DNA of 64,000 nucleotides from Giardia intestinalis (Eukaryota): NCBI GenBank assembly GCA_000002435.2, contig CM018793.1; one strand, 5' to 3'. Shown piece by piece: positions 40,138 to 50,135 of this stretch (position 1 is its first letter; each line of letters starts with the position of its first letter). The notes under the pieces were generated by a model. It saw only the letters and a program-made list of their open reading frames with translations, ran no database searches and was not told where the DNA came from. The position numbers and the translations under genes were made by a program.

Positions 40138-40179
40138 CGCGAGTATGCTTGTCACAAGGTGCAATGCAATCAGCAACAT
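38053..40179 (-). CDS. vsp: Variant-specific surface protein (VSP), complete, with signal peptide and CRGKA tail
   Basis: ATG at 40179 gives MLLIALHLVTSILAAPCQPDG..., a typical VSP signal peptide. The track's start at 40260 is GTG and is rejected. There are ~11% Cys with many CxxC motifs, a GGCY motif, the TM AIAGISVAVVVVVAGLVGFLCWWFI and a terminal CRGKA. The poly(A) signal AGTAAAC lies at 38039..38045, immediately after the TGA stop. Confidence 0.93.
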   Translation of the reverse strand: MLLIALHLVTSILAAPCQPDGDHAASCQTDKCETVGYSEICTECRAGGVPVGGFCWPPGTPQAAAAGCTRADGTALAGSDTICGKCGDGYFLFMGGCYKTSQWSEICTAADKGVCTTCKAGAAYLFQNPASPVAPGNECVLCSDVAPRDGVTGVAGCYTCTAPGGGTGAATCTACQGGYAKKGDACVQCGPGCLTCESATPTQCTACPKGKFLKGTECVEASGCGSDSYADPKVDKCKACATDIADCATCEYNATISQPQCKTCSSSKIVKTAADGTTTCVAEGECTSTHFIDQTPPKACVLCGDDARGGVAGCSSCPGKDQCSACLAGYIKKGSGNSVTCDPCGENCATCTQAGNDKCDTCKPGYFLKQPGSAGKCFACDSKADNGIEGCSQCNSGLTPTCTDCKSNYRKEGTNPVKCTKVCEDPTACGGTSGACGAVVVDSAGAFSQYCSLCGDPATFPIDGVCTGTKGDNTCENGVCTRCAAGFFLYMGGCYDVSKAPGSHMCKTAEGGRCTAPSENGRYFLVPGASNTDQSVLACENPLGTVIGAGSTAKAYVGVYGCTACTAPAALEAPGMTPATCTACSGNNKPNLAGSGCFTCTVDGCSHCGAGGKCEACTSKDQRPNTDGSQCIACSIDGCVRCSEENKCGRCGDDYRLEGEACVSTKPSGGNRSGLSTGAIAGISVAVVVVVAGLVGFLCWWFICRGKA

Positions 40180-41414
40180 TATAGTGCGACACAGATAGTG
40201 ATAAAGCTCTGCTGGTGGCAGCGCACTCTTCTGATGAACAAGCTCTGTTTTTGGAGTCACCAGTCAATCTCGATTATCATCAACTTCCATCTCAGAAGGT
40301 TGTCCAATACGTGCTCAGTGGAGAGTGCTGACTGTCAGATCGCATCTCTACCAGTACTTAGGGCGCTGTGGCATCCAACTCTGGAGTATTGAGTGTTGTC
40401 CTCTACCATAGTGCCCACAGCCTTCTTGTATGTGACGCCCGTGACTATCACGTGTTCTACCGCACCCAACTGGCGATCACTATCCTGATGCTTTGCTATT
40501 GCTCTCGCTCTTTATACAGGGCGTCTCAGAGAGGGTGACTCTGCTCAAGACTAAGTCGGCCAACGCCAAACAGGCTGCTCCCCTAGACACTGATATCCGT
40601 TTGTACTATGCTGCTGAGCCCCCACCTGAGCGTGGTCTAGGAGTCTCACGAATAACTTCTCGTTCAATTCCTGGCCAGTCTGAGGGCGAGGGTTGGTTGT
40701 AGACAGCAAACAGAGGCTTCTCTCTAGTATTGTATCCAGAGTCTTTTGCCTTCCTCGGTTACTTTGCGGGAACGTGCGCTATCTGAGAGTGTGCATCTAA
40801 AGCCCTGGTCTTCTCACAGGCTCATGTGGTTTGCTAGAGGTCCCTCGCTTCACGGTGGGTGAGGCTCTGGCCGCTGTCTTTTTTAGATGTTCCCGCCTGT
40901 CGAGGGCTGACATCGGGGCTCTCTCCACTGGCTGTGTCCCGGTCCAGCTAGTGGGTAGAAGAGGACTGATAGGGGGCTCCTGATGGGGACCGGGTGGGTG
41001 GTGTCCGTATGTGCCTCTGTCCTCTCGCTGTGGTATCCATCTGGTTACTGGATGACACCCACGCCCACCGCCTTGCACTTGTCGGACTCTGCTCTGCTCC
41101 GATCGCCGGGCTGGTCTGATCTCCAGCCCGCGTTGCACGAGACACAAGCCCAGGCACCGACGACCGCACTGGGCCCATGGTCGTCCCTCGCACTAGTGGA
41201 GGGGAACACCTGCTTGCTGCCTACGATCATCCCATCCTCGGACAGATCAGGCCTGGACGGGCTGCCGTGCGGACTCTGGATGCGCCTCAGGCGAGGGACA
41301 ATTACTCTCAGTAGATGATTCCTCTACTCGAGTCGAATGAGTCTTATACCCAGATTTACAGTTTTGGAGGACCGACTCGTGCATGCTGCAATATCTTGCA
41401 TGGATGGCGGCGAA

Positions 41415-44400
41415 CTAGAGCTGGACACTAGAACCGGCATGAGATGACCGGCTCAGTAGGGGCGCAGTGGCGTGGAGCGACGCCTTGGAGCTTGCTTGCT
41501 TCTTGAGCTTTTGCGAGCCACTAAAGCTAGGGCCTTTCCGCGGGGCGCGCTCCCTCAGCTCACCGCTCTTCCTGGGCCGTATCACGAACCACCAGACGAG
41601 GAAGCCGGCCACCGCAACGAGGACGAGGAGGACGACGACCACGACTGCAATCGTTATGGTACTTGATGACTTGTTGGATGGAGCAGGGACTCCGCAGACG
41701 AAGTCGCTTGTGAGAGAGAAGCCCTCGTTGCACACGCAGCTGGGAGTCACGCCGTTCTCGGACACGCACCTGCCGTTGCCCCCGCAGATCGTCACGGTGC
41801 CGTCGGTGCCGCGCTGGACGCACTGGCTGCTGATGCAGAGCCCCCCGGAGACGGTCTCGTAGCCGCTTCTGCAGCTGCACGAGCCTCCGTCGGAGAGCTG
41901 GCAGTCGCCGTTCCCCCCACAGAGCGTCCCACTGGAAACGCAGGCCGATGGGTAGCAGAGAGTCCCGTGGAGGGTCCAGCCCTGGTTGCAGCTACAGGTC
42001 GCAGAGGATCCCTCGCCGGAGCACGTGCCACCGCCGTTGCAGACCTTCCCGTCCTTGAGACATCTTGTGGGGATGCAGTCTTTGTCGACCAGAATATAGT
42101 AACTTGCGCACAGGCAGCCGTAGGTGTCGCCGGTCTTCTCGCAGGCGCCGAAGCCGCTGCAGAGCTTGTTGTCCGACGAGACGCAGCTGCTGTGCACGCA
42201 GCCGTTCTGGCCGTCGAGATTCTGGAAGCCGTCTACGCTACAGTTGCACTTTTTAGTGTCTTCACTGCATGTTCCACCACCATCGCAGACCTCCGAAAGA
42301 ATGCTCTCGTGCGCCCCGAAGCACTCCTTGACAAAGCACTGGCCGGTCTTCTTGTCTGTGCGGTATCTGCTGCTGTCGCACCTGCACAGTCCTGTCCCGG
42401 CGACAGGGCCCTCTACGCATGTCCCGCGCCCCTTGCATATTGCTTTGGAGTCGCTTCCATCCGAGATGCACTGGCTATAAACACAGATGTTTGTCCCGAC
42501 TAGGGTTGTCCCGGGGTTGCAAACACACGCCCCAGTGTCCTCGCCGTTATCATTGCACGTACCCATGCCGTAGCACGTTTTTTCTGTCTGATCGTATGGA
42601 TCCGTCCAAACGCATCTGGATTTTCGGCACTTCTTGCTAGCACTGTCAACGACGAAGCTCGAGTTGACGCAGACGCAAGCAAAACTGTTTCCGCTAAATT
42701 GGCAAGCTCCTACGCTAGTATTTTCCTCCGTGCCACAATTGTCTGCCGGACAGCCATTGAGGTAGCACTGTGCATCTGTGTGTTCCTTGTAGCCATTTGC
42801 ACACGTCTCACATTTGGTACCATCATACCCAGGCCTACACTCGCACTTTCCTGGGTCTGTCTTGAACTGACAGGTCCCTCTTCCGTTGCATATAGTACTG
42901 GAATTTGTCTCTGATACAACACAGACAGCTGGTACGCACAAATAACGGCGATCGTCTGCAACCGTTTGATAATTTTCGTCACAATTGCACGAGTACCCCA
43001 CAATATGATCCCCTATACACTTCCCATGTCCAGAACATTCAACGTATCCCTCCGGACCTCCAGAAAGAGAGTCGCTAAGACAGGTTTTCTTCATACACTT
43101 TCCATTTGTTATTTGAATAATGTCATATCGATTTATGCACTTACAGTATGACTTGGATGATTGAGTAGCATTAAGAACGCATGTTCCAAACTGCTTTCCA
43201 CCGCACATCGTCCTCACCTGCTGATTAGTCAAGGTTGTGATTTCAAACATGCAAGCTTTTGGCAGACAGAACCCATCAAGTTCTTCATACCCGTCAGGCC
43301 TCGGGTCCTTGCACTTACAAGCGTAGTCTCGACGATCGCCGTGTGATGCTATCTTTGTGCACACCCCAACGGTCTCGCCACCGCACACAGACTCAACAAG
43401 TCGTCCGCTATCATCTACGGTGTTAATAAAGCAGTTGATACCAAAGCAAGCCCTTTTAAATAACTTTGTCCCCAGATCGCATACGCATCCTGTGGGCCCA
43501 CAACTGCCTAGTCCTCCACAGATAATCGGCGGTTCCACTCCGTCCTCACTAGAAATGCACTCACTTAATATACATGTTTCTCTCAACTCCCCATTCACAT
43601 CTCTAAGTGTGACTAGCTTAGCACCAGACTTGCACTCACACCGCCTATTCTTCAACAAAGATCCTTCTCCGCCACATGTTCCTAACCCATTGCATGCAAT
43701 AGTGGGATCACTCAGCAGCCTTCTGTAAACACACTTACTTGGAATGCATTCCGAATTGAGCTGGCCCCTCTCATAGCCTTCGGAGCAGACACACCCGTAA
43801 TAGTAATTACTCCCCTGCACGCATGCAGCCAGGACATCTCCTCCGCAATAGACGTTATCATACGATACGCAACGCTGATGAACACAGATCCCATTGACAG
43901 ATCTATACGGAGTAGTACACTTGCAGGAATATGTGCCCTTATCGTTTGTACAATCTCCAGTTGTCCCATCGTAGATTTTGCACTCAACATACTTAATTTC
44001 TCCGTTATGCATTACCTTTCCGGCGCATCCTGGATGAGTGCAGTAGCCCCCAAAGGCCTCCAGGCCACTTTCGCACTCGCAGCCGTACCGGCCGGTCAGC
44101 TGGTTGTATGCGCAGACCCCCTTTCCGGAGCAGACAAGCACGTTGATATTCGGATTCCTTATGTTATCTGATATGCCAACTGGCAGGCAGTCGTAGCTGT
44201 AGCACATGTCACCGATCTTGAGGAAGCCATTGCTGCAGACGCAGGTTCCAGTACTGTCTATATATCCCGCACCAGGACCACCGCAGAGCCCCCTTGCTCG
44301 CTGAGTCTTTGGATCAGCGTTCTTACTCTTTGAAATGCACGTCTTGTTGTACGTAACATAGTCCCCAGTGCAATTACACTGCCACGTTGTGTCCCGTCCG

Positions 44401-46478
44401 ACAGTGCATTCGAGCGTAAAGGTAGACGGCCCAGCGCAATACTCGGGCGCCCATGGACCAGCAAGACTCTTGTCAAGCTTGCATGCATCAGTGACACACG
44501 CCTTCAAATTTGGATCCCATTTGGCAGCAGTCCCACAATCACACTCGTATCCGCTTTTATCCTTTTTCTGAATGCAGTCTCCCACACCGCCGCAGTAATT
44601 GTACCACATCTGACTACTGGATTGGCCATCGTGACAACTCTTGTGCATACATGTGCTATTGTTTTCCCCAAAGTGTACAAGGTGAAAGTCAGTTGGACAG
44701 TGAGTACATGTTTCAGGCAGATCGGGTTTTCCGGAAGGTTTGGCGCACGTAGGCAAGTTATTGGTTGGCAGGTTTTCTGTTACATTCTCAAGGAATCCAC
44801 AATAGAACCTTCTTGTCTTGTCTATCTTACTGATAAATACACATCCACGTGGAGCAGAGAAGGTGCCGTTGTAGGCGGAGACATTCCCGCTACTGGCATC
44901 TTTAGGAACGCATGTGATGAACGGATTGCTCGGATCTCCATAAGTGGTGTACGTGCCTGTGTTCCCGCAGATATCCTGAGCAGTAGCCATGCGCAGACTG
45001 GGCTGTGGATCCGGTGGCTGTTGCTGCACAATGCACTTCTTTGCAATGCATTTCTCGCCAATCATTTGCGCATTTTGTTGATCACATTCTGCGCACTTAG
45101 CTCCTGTGTAGATAGGCGAACACTGGCACGTCATCGTATAAGGAGCCTCAGCACTAACGACAATGCGTCCATGATCACTGCAAACCGTGGCAGGGCTATC
45201 CACCAGACTGCTCAAGATGCAGCGCCCCGGGGCGAAGTAGGTATAGTCCTGATTACAAGTGCATTGTATATTTCGTAGATCGTCCGTCTTGCACGTACCG
45301 TGTCCCGAGCAGACCTTCCCAAGTTCCTCGTCCATGCACGCGGGGGACGTGCACTCTCCGTTTATGGCAATGAGCATGTCCGGGCAGCGGCAGTGGTACT
45401 CGCCGTCGGATTTGACGCATGTTCCTCCGTTCTTGCATGATTCTTGGTTGTCCGAGGTGAGGCACCCCACTGGAACGCACTTGCCATTTATCTTAGCAGA
45501 CTTGTCAGTGCAAGTATCGCAGAGGTCGCCCGTGGCAAGCCCTCGGCAGTCGCAACTATAGCCAGCGCCGTTGCGCACACAGGCGCCCACTCCACCACAG
45601 ATCTTTGAGCGGGACTCGTCTGTGCACGCGGAGTATGTACAAAACTGACCGACCTGGACTGCATCCGAATCGCAAACGCACTTGAAGGTACCGGGGCTAT
45701 CTTTATCCGTGCACTTCCCAAAGCCCCCGCAGACGACCGGAGACCCGTCGATCGTGGCCACGCACTCCGTCCTGACGCACTTGTGCCCAACGCGTGTATA
45801 TCCCGTCTCACAGACACAACGGTAGTGATATGATTCGCGATTGAGGCCCACGTCGAGGATGCACGTTCCCTGGCCTGAGCACACGACCCCATCCGAGTCC
45901 TGGCAGGCCCGCGCATTGCACGTAGGGAGGGCATCAGACGAAGAGCTTCCCGCAGCGATCGCGTTGGCGTCATCGCACGACTGGCAGAGGCCCCCACGGT
46001 AGATCGGGTAGCAGTCGCACGCGTAGTCGTCAGCACTCAGTCCGGCCAGCCCGGGGTCCTTCAGGAGGCAGCGGCCGCGGCCGTTGCAGGGGGCCTTCGT
46101 TGCCTCCTGTCCTGAATAGTCACCATCATTATTAAAGCACTTTTTTGGTAAGCACTCGCCCTCGTAGGACACGAAGCCATCGGGACAGGGATCACACGAG
46201 TACGCCCCCGCGTAGTAGGTGCACTTGCTCGACCCTGTGCATTCTGTCCCGTTCACGAGGCAGGCGTAGTTGACGGCCCTGTCTGTAGACGCCTTGCCAG
46301 TATTAGTAGTTACTCTGCGGAACCCCGCGCGGGGAGCGTCGCACGCAGCCCCCGCCCAGCCCCGCCTGCACTGGCAGAAGTATGCTCCGTCCCCGTAGGC
46401 GCAGTCTCCGTTAACACATGCAGGTCCTGTCCCGCACGCCTCGGCGAGACATGCAGCAGCACACAGGAGAATCAGCAT
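41415..46478 (-). CDS. High-cysteine membrane protein (HCMP), 1687 aa, type I membrane protein with EGF-like/Cys-rich repeats
   Basis: ATG verified. Signal peptide MLILLCAAACLAEA. There are hundreds of Cys in CxC/CxxC/EGF-like spacings (e.g. CQCRRGWAGAAC). The single TM ITIAVVVVVLLVLVAVAGFLVWWFVI is followed by a ~55-aa basic cytoplasmic tail, with no CRGKA. Confidence 0.88.
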   Translation of the reverse strand: MLILLCAAACLAEACGTGPACVNGDCAYGDGAYFCQCRRGWAGAACDAPRAGFRRVTTNTGKASTDRAVNYACLVNGTECTGSSKCTYYAGAYSCDPCPDGFVSYEGECLPKKCFNNDGDYSGQEATKAPCNGRGRCLLKDPGLAGLSADDYACDCYPIYRGGLCQSCDDANAIAAGSSSSDALPTCNARACQDSDGVVCSGQGTCILDVGLNRESYHYRCVCETGYTRVGHKCVRTECVATIDGSPVVCGGFGKCTDKDSPGTFKCVCDSDAVQVGQFCTYSACTDESRSKICGGVGACVRNGAGYSCDCRGLATGDLCDTCTDKSAKINGKCVPVGCLTSDNQESCKNGGTCVKSDGEYHCRCPDMLIAINGECTSPACMDEELGKVCSGHGTCKTDDLRNIQCTCNQDYTYFAPGRCILSSLVDSPATVCSDHGRIVVSAEAPYTMTCQCSPIYTGAKCAECDQQNAQMIGEKCIAKKCIVQQQPPDPQPSLRMATAQDICGNTGTYTTYGDPSNPFITCVPKDASSGNVSAYNGTFSAPRGCVFISKIDKTRRFYCGFLENVTENLPTNNLPTCAKPSGKPDLPETCTHCPTDFHLVHFGENNSTCMHKSCHDGQSSSQMWYNYCGGVGDCIQKKDKSGYECDCGTAAKWDPNLKACVTDACKLDKSLAGPWAPEYCAGPSTFTLECTVGRDTTWQCNCTGDYVTYNKTCISKSKNADPKTQRARGLCGGPGAGYIDSTGTCVCSNGFLKIGDMCYSYDCLPVGISDNIRNPNINVLVCSGKGVCAYNQLTGRYGCECESGLEAFGGYCTHPGCAGKVMHNGEIKYVECKIYDGTTGDCTNDKGTYSCKCTTPYRSVNGICVHQRCVSYDNVYCGGDVLAACVQGSNYYYGCVCSEGYERGQLNSECIPSKCVYRRLLSDPTIACNGLGTCGGEGSLLKNRRCECKSGAKLVTLRDVNGELRETCILSECISSEDGVEPPIICGGLGSCGPTGCVCDLGTKLFKRACFGINCFINTVDDSGRLVESVCGGETVGVCTKIASHGDRRDYACKCKDPRPDGYEELDGFCLPKACMFEITTLTNQQVRTMCGGKQFGTCVLNATQSSKSYCKCINRYDIIQITNGKCMKKTCLSDSLSGGPEGYVECSGHGKCIGDHIVGYSCNCDENYQTVADDRRYLCVPAVCVVSETNSSTICNGRGTCQFKTDPGKCECRPGYDGTKCETCANGYKEHTDAQCYLNGCPADNCGTEENTSVGACQFSGNSFACVCVNSSFVVDSASKKCRKSRCVWTDPYDQTEKTCYGMGTCNDNGEDTGACVCNPGTTLVGTNICVYSQCISDGSDSKAICKGRGTCVEGPVAGTGLCRCDSSRYRTDKKTGQCFVKECFGAHESILSEVCDGGGTCSEDTKKCNCSVDGFQNLDGQNGCVHSSCVSSDNKLCSGFGACEKTGDTYGCLCASYYILVDKDCIPTRCLKDGKVCNGGGTCSGEGSSATCSCNQGWTLHGTLCYPSACVSSGTLCGGNGDCQLSDGGSCSCRSGYETVSGGLCISSQCVQRGTDGTVTICGGNGRCVSENGVTPSCVCNEGFSLTSDFVCGVPAPSNKSSSTITIAVVVVVLLVLVAVAGFLVWWFVIRPRKSGELRERAPRKGPSFSGSQKLKKQASSKASLHATAPLLSRSSHAGSSVQL

Positions 46479-46925
46479 GCGGTGTGCCTAGGACTGGCTT
46501 GGCTTATTTATTAGTATGTTGTAAACATAAGAAGGAAACCTGTGAACTGATCAGTACTAGAGAAAAGCCATGTCCAGGCCAGCCCCGGCCATCCCCCGTG
46601 GTAGGGCGAACCGATGCATTGGAGAGTTGCATCAAGTCACGCGCTTTTGGAAACACCCACTCTACTTCAGTGGCGTGTTACATAGTCAGATCCCCAATAC
46701 CGGATTAGGGCACCGGGCCTCAAGGGCTGTTCACAATCGACTGAGCAATAAACTACGTACGGAACTGAAGCCAGACGAGTCAGGGCTTGCTCACTGTAGC
46801 CATCTACTGGGAGCATAGCTTCTAAGAAGGCCGAGTGCCGCCCTCCCACAGGGTCGACAGGGCGCCTATCGACCATATCTCAACATGCACTCCCCATTGC
46901 AAGCACAACATTCGGTACACAGCGG

Positions 46926-49082
46926 GTGGCGGAGGCGGACCCTCTGAGGCGGCACCCACTGCTGTGTGTAGGAACCACGCTTGCAGTCACACTCGTAGCG
47001 CCTTGCCAGCCAGACGGAGACCACGCCGCGAGCTGCCAGACCGACAAGTGCGAGACGGTCGGGTACTCCGAGATCTGCACCGAGTGCAGGGCCGGGGGCG
47101 TCCCGGTCGGCGGCTTCTGCTGGCCCCCCGGCACCCCCCAGGCCGCGGCGGCCGGGTGCACCAGGGCAGACGGGACCGCGTTGGCGGGGTCGGATACTAT
47201 CTGCGGGAAGTGCGGGGACGGGTACTTCCTCTTCATGGGCGGGTGCTACAAGACGAGCCAGTGGTCTGAGATCTGCACGGCGGCCGACAAGGGGGTGTGC
47301 ACCACCTGCAAGGCAGGCGCCGCGTATCTATTCCAGAACCCGGCCAGCCCAGTAGCCCCTGGCAACGAGTGCGTGCTTTGCTCGGACGTCGCTCCGCGAG
47401 ACGGAGTCACGGGGGTGGCGGGCTGCTACACATGCACGGCGCCAGGTGGCGGTACAGGGGCTGCCACGTGCACTGCATGCCAAGGAGGGTACGCCAAGAA
47501 GGGCGATGCATGTGTGCAATGCGGACCCGGCTGTTTGACGTGTGAGTCTGCTACTCCGACTCAGTGCACCGCCTGCCCCAAGGGGAAGTTCCTGAAGGGG
47601 ACTGAGTGTGTAGAGGCTAGTGGATGTGGTAGTGATAGCTATGCAGATCCAAAAGTAGACAAGTGCAAGGCCTGCGCTACTGACATAGCTGACTGTGCCA
47701 CCTGTGAGTACAATGCAACTATTAGTCAACCACAATGTAAGACCTGCAGCAGTAGCAAGATAGTGAAGACAGCGGCAGACGGGACGACGACATGCGTTGC
47801 GGAGGGAGAGTGCACTAGCACTCATTTTATTGATCAAACACCTCCAAAGGCTTGTGTCCTATGTGGCGATGATGCGCGAGGCGGCGTTGCCGGGTGTAGC
47901 AGCTGTCCAGGCAAGGATCAATGCTCTGCCTGTTTAGCTGGGTATATAAAAAAGGGAAGCGGGAACTCAGTTACCTGCGACCCTTGTGGCGAGAATTGCG
48001 CCACCTGCACTCAAGCTGGAAATGATAAGTGTGATACATGCAAGCCAGGGTACTTCCTGAAACAACCCGGCTCTGCTGGTAAGTGCTTCGCCTGCGACAG
48101 TAAAGCCGACAATGGCATAGAGGGGTGCTCCCAATGTAACAGCGGCCTAACCCCTACATGCACCGATTGCAAGTCCAACTATCGCAAGGAGGGAACCAAT
48201 CCGGTGAAGTGCACAAAGGTCTGCGAGGACCCCACGGCCTGCGGGGGGACGTCTGGGGCCTGCGGGGCGGTCGTCGTTGACAGCGCCGGGGCGTTCTCCC
48301 AGTACTGCTCGCTGTGCGGAGACCCCGCCACGTTCCCCATCGATGGGGTCTGCACAGGAACTAAGGGTGACAACACCTGCGAGAACGGCGTCTGCACCCG
48401 GTGTGCTGCCGGGTTCTTCCTGTACATGGGCGGCTGCTATGATGTGTCGAAGGCTCCTGGCAGCCACATGTGCAAGACCGCCGAGGGAGGGAGGTGCACC
48501 GCCCCCAGCGAGAACGGCCGGTACTTCCTGGTCCCGGGGGCATCCAATACTGATCAGTCTGTCCTGGCCTGCGAGAACCCCCTTGGCACAGTGATAGGGG
48601 CTGGCAGCACCGCTAAGGCATATGTGGGAGTATATGGCTGCACAGCATGCACGGCCCCAGCAGCGCTAGAGGCTCCTGGCATGACCCCTGCCACATGCAC
48701 AGCGTGTAGCGGCAACAACAAGCCCAACCTGGCTGGGAGCGGGTGCTTCACCTGTACCGTTGACGGATGCTCGCACTGTGGAGCAGGCGGCAAGTGCGAG
48801 GCCTGTACCAGTAAAGACCAGAGGCCGAACACAGACGGCTCCCAGTGCATCGCCTGCAGTATCGACGGGTGCGTCAGGTGCAGCGAGGAGAACAAGTGCG
48901 GCCGGTGCGGGGACGACTACAGGCTGGAGGGTGAGGCGTGCGTGTCCACTAAGCCCAGCGGGGGCAACAGGAGCGGCCTCAGCACAGGCGCCATAGCAGG
49001 TATCTCCGTCGCTGTGGTGGTTGTCGTGGCTGGCCTTGTGGGCTTCCTCTGCTGGTGGTTCATATGCAGAGGGAAGGCATGA
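46926..49082 (+). pseudogene. vsp: Second VSP copy (inverted duplicate): same coding sequence from APCQPDG to CRGKA, but no in-frame ATG and no canonical signal peptide. Silent cassette, pseudogene or non-canonically initiated
   Basis: The track's start at 46926 is GTG. Reading upstream in frame reaches a TAG at 46797 without any ATG. The first in-frame ATG is ~100 codons inside the Cys-rich domain. Homology to copy 1 begins at 46998. The AGTAAAC poly(A) signal at 49090..49096 is retained. Confidence 0.6.
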
Positions 49083-49098
49083 CTTAGGTAGTAAACGC
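46998..49098. repeat. Inverted repeat arm B (2,101 bp)
   Basis: See arm A. The spacer between the arms is 6,860 bp (40138..46997) and contains the HCMP gene. Confidence 0.9.
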
Positions 49099-49599
49099 GC
49101 CGATGAATCCTGCTCGTGACCTTCTGGGCACTGGTTGCGAGGGAGCCCCCTGGTGCGTGATGGGTTCTAAAAATGCAGTGAGCACGGGTGATCCTGTAGG
49201 GCATGCAGCTTCAGAAGAGAGCACCGACGGGTCAGCGCTGGAAGGCCACTAGACCCTGCATAGCCCACGCGGATGAGTGGCGGAGGAGGAGCAGAGGACG
49301 CGGGCGAGTGCTGCTAGATGGCCTGTGCACACGTGGAATGGCCATGACTGCACAGTTGGGGGAGCTGGTGCAGAGTACTAGTAATGCGTGATAGTCGCGA
49401 ACGGGCCAGGACAGACAGGGACGCCATGCCAGCGCATGCAAGGGCGCTCCACAGTGTATGGGACGACGTGTCTGCTGTCGTGAACACAGATTCGAGAAGT
49501 GAGGCTGGCAGAGCCTGTGCTCTCTTGTAGCCTCTGAGGGTGCGGCCCAATCACTCGTTCAATCCAATCGCTTGGTCTTATTTTTGAAAATAAACTGTC

Positions 49600-49929
49600 A
49601 TGGCCGACAATGGCAATAACGCATTCAGTCTTTCTGCAGTGACTCCCACCATCCCACCGTTCACCTTTAAGGAGCTCCACGAGCGGCTGAATGGCGTGCT
49701 AGGAAGAGATGCCACAGGTGTAGTCTACTCCCTCGAAGGTTATCCGAGTCTCGCCGTGAAGGAGATCTTGCTTGAAGGCTTGGATAGGAGCAGTGTGGAT
49801 GCTCTTAGACACACTATGCTCCAGATAAGCTACCCTTAGGCTGTGAATGCCATCGTGACAGATAGCTGTGTCCCAGTCTACCCAGGCGACACAGTGCAAT
49901 ATACGGGTAAACAAGTCACTCACTGGTGA
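49600..49929 (+). pseudogene. NEK-kinase N-terminal fragment with in-frame premature stop (decayed paralog)
   Basis: ATG verified with a good AT-rich initiator (ttgaaaataaactgtcATG). LGRDATGVVYSLEGYPSLAVKEILLEGL aligns with the Gly-loop/beta3 region of both NEK genes in the window (LGKGSCGAVYSLKSSPTDVVKEIQLDG; LGVGAFGKVYKV...ALKEI). A TAG at 49837 replaces the expected residue in the YPQ context. Homology then continues in the same frame (AIVTDSCV vs YIVNCTRV) to a second stop at 49927. Confidence 0.65.
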
Positions 49930-50135
49930 CCTATAGGCTTTATGAGCTCAGTATCATGTACTAGATAGATCTTCAAAAGCGCAAGACTAACGCCCTAGAC
50001 AATATAGAGTAATGTGCGGCACACGCTACGAATAAAGGAAGGATACAACCAGCGACTAATCAACGCTGAGAAACTCCCTAGTTCAAATGATAAGTTCGTC
50101 TTTAGACAATTTACACAAAAGAGATTGTTCTGAAA

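Noticed and set aside
40180-40260. N-terminal extension of VSP copy 1 (MTPKTELVHQ...) given by the ORF track
   Set aside because: Codon 40258..40260 is GTG, not ATG. The first ATG at 40179 gives the canonical VSP signal peptide MLLIALHLV.
38139-40267. Many 60-170-aa ORFs in alternate frames inside the VSP arms (and their exact mirror images at 46835..48996), plus similar ones inside the HCMP
   Set aside because: They are frame shadows of long Cys-codon-rich, GC-rich genes. Their products are low-complexity (R/P/A/G/S-rich). Their only value is as evidence that the two arms are identical.
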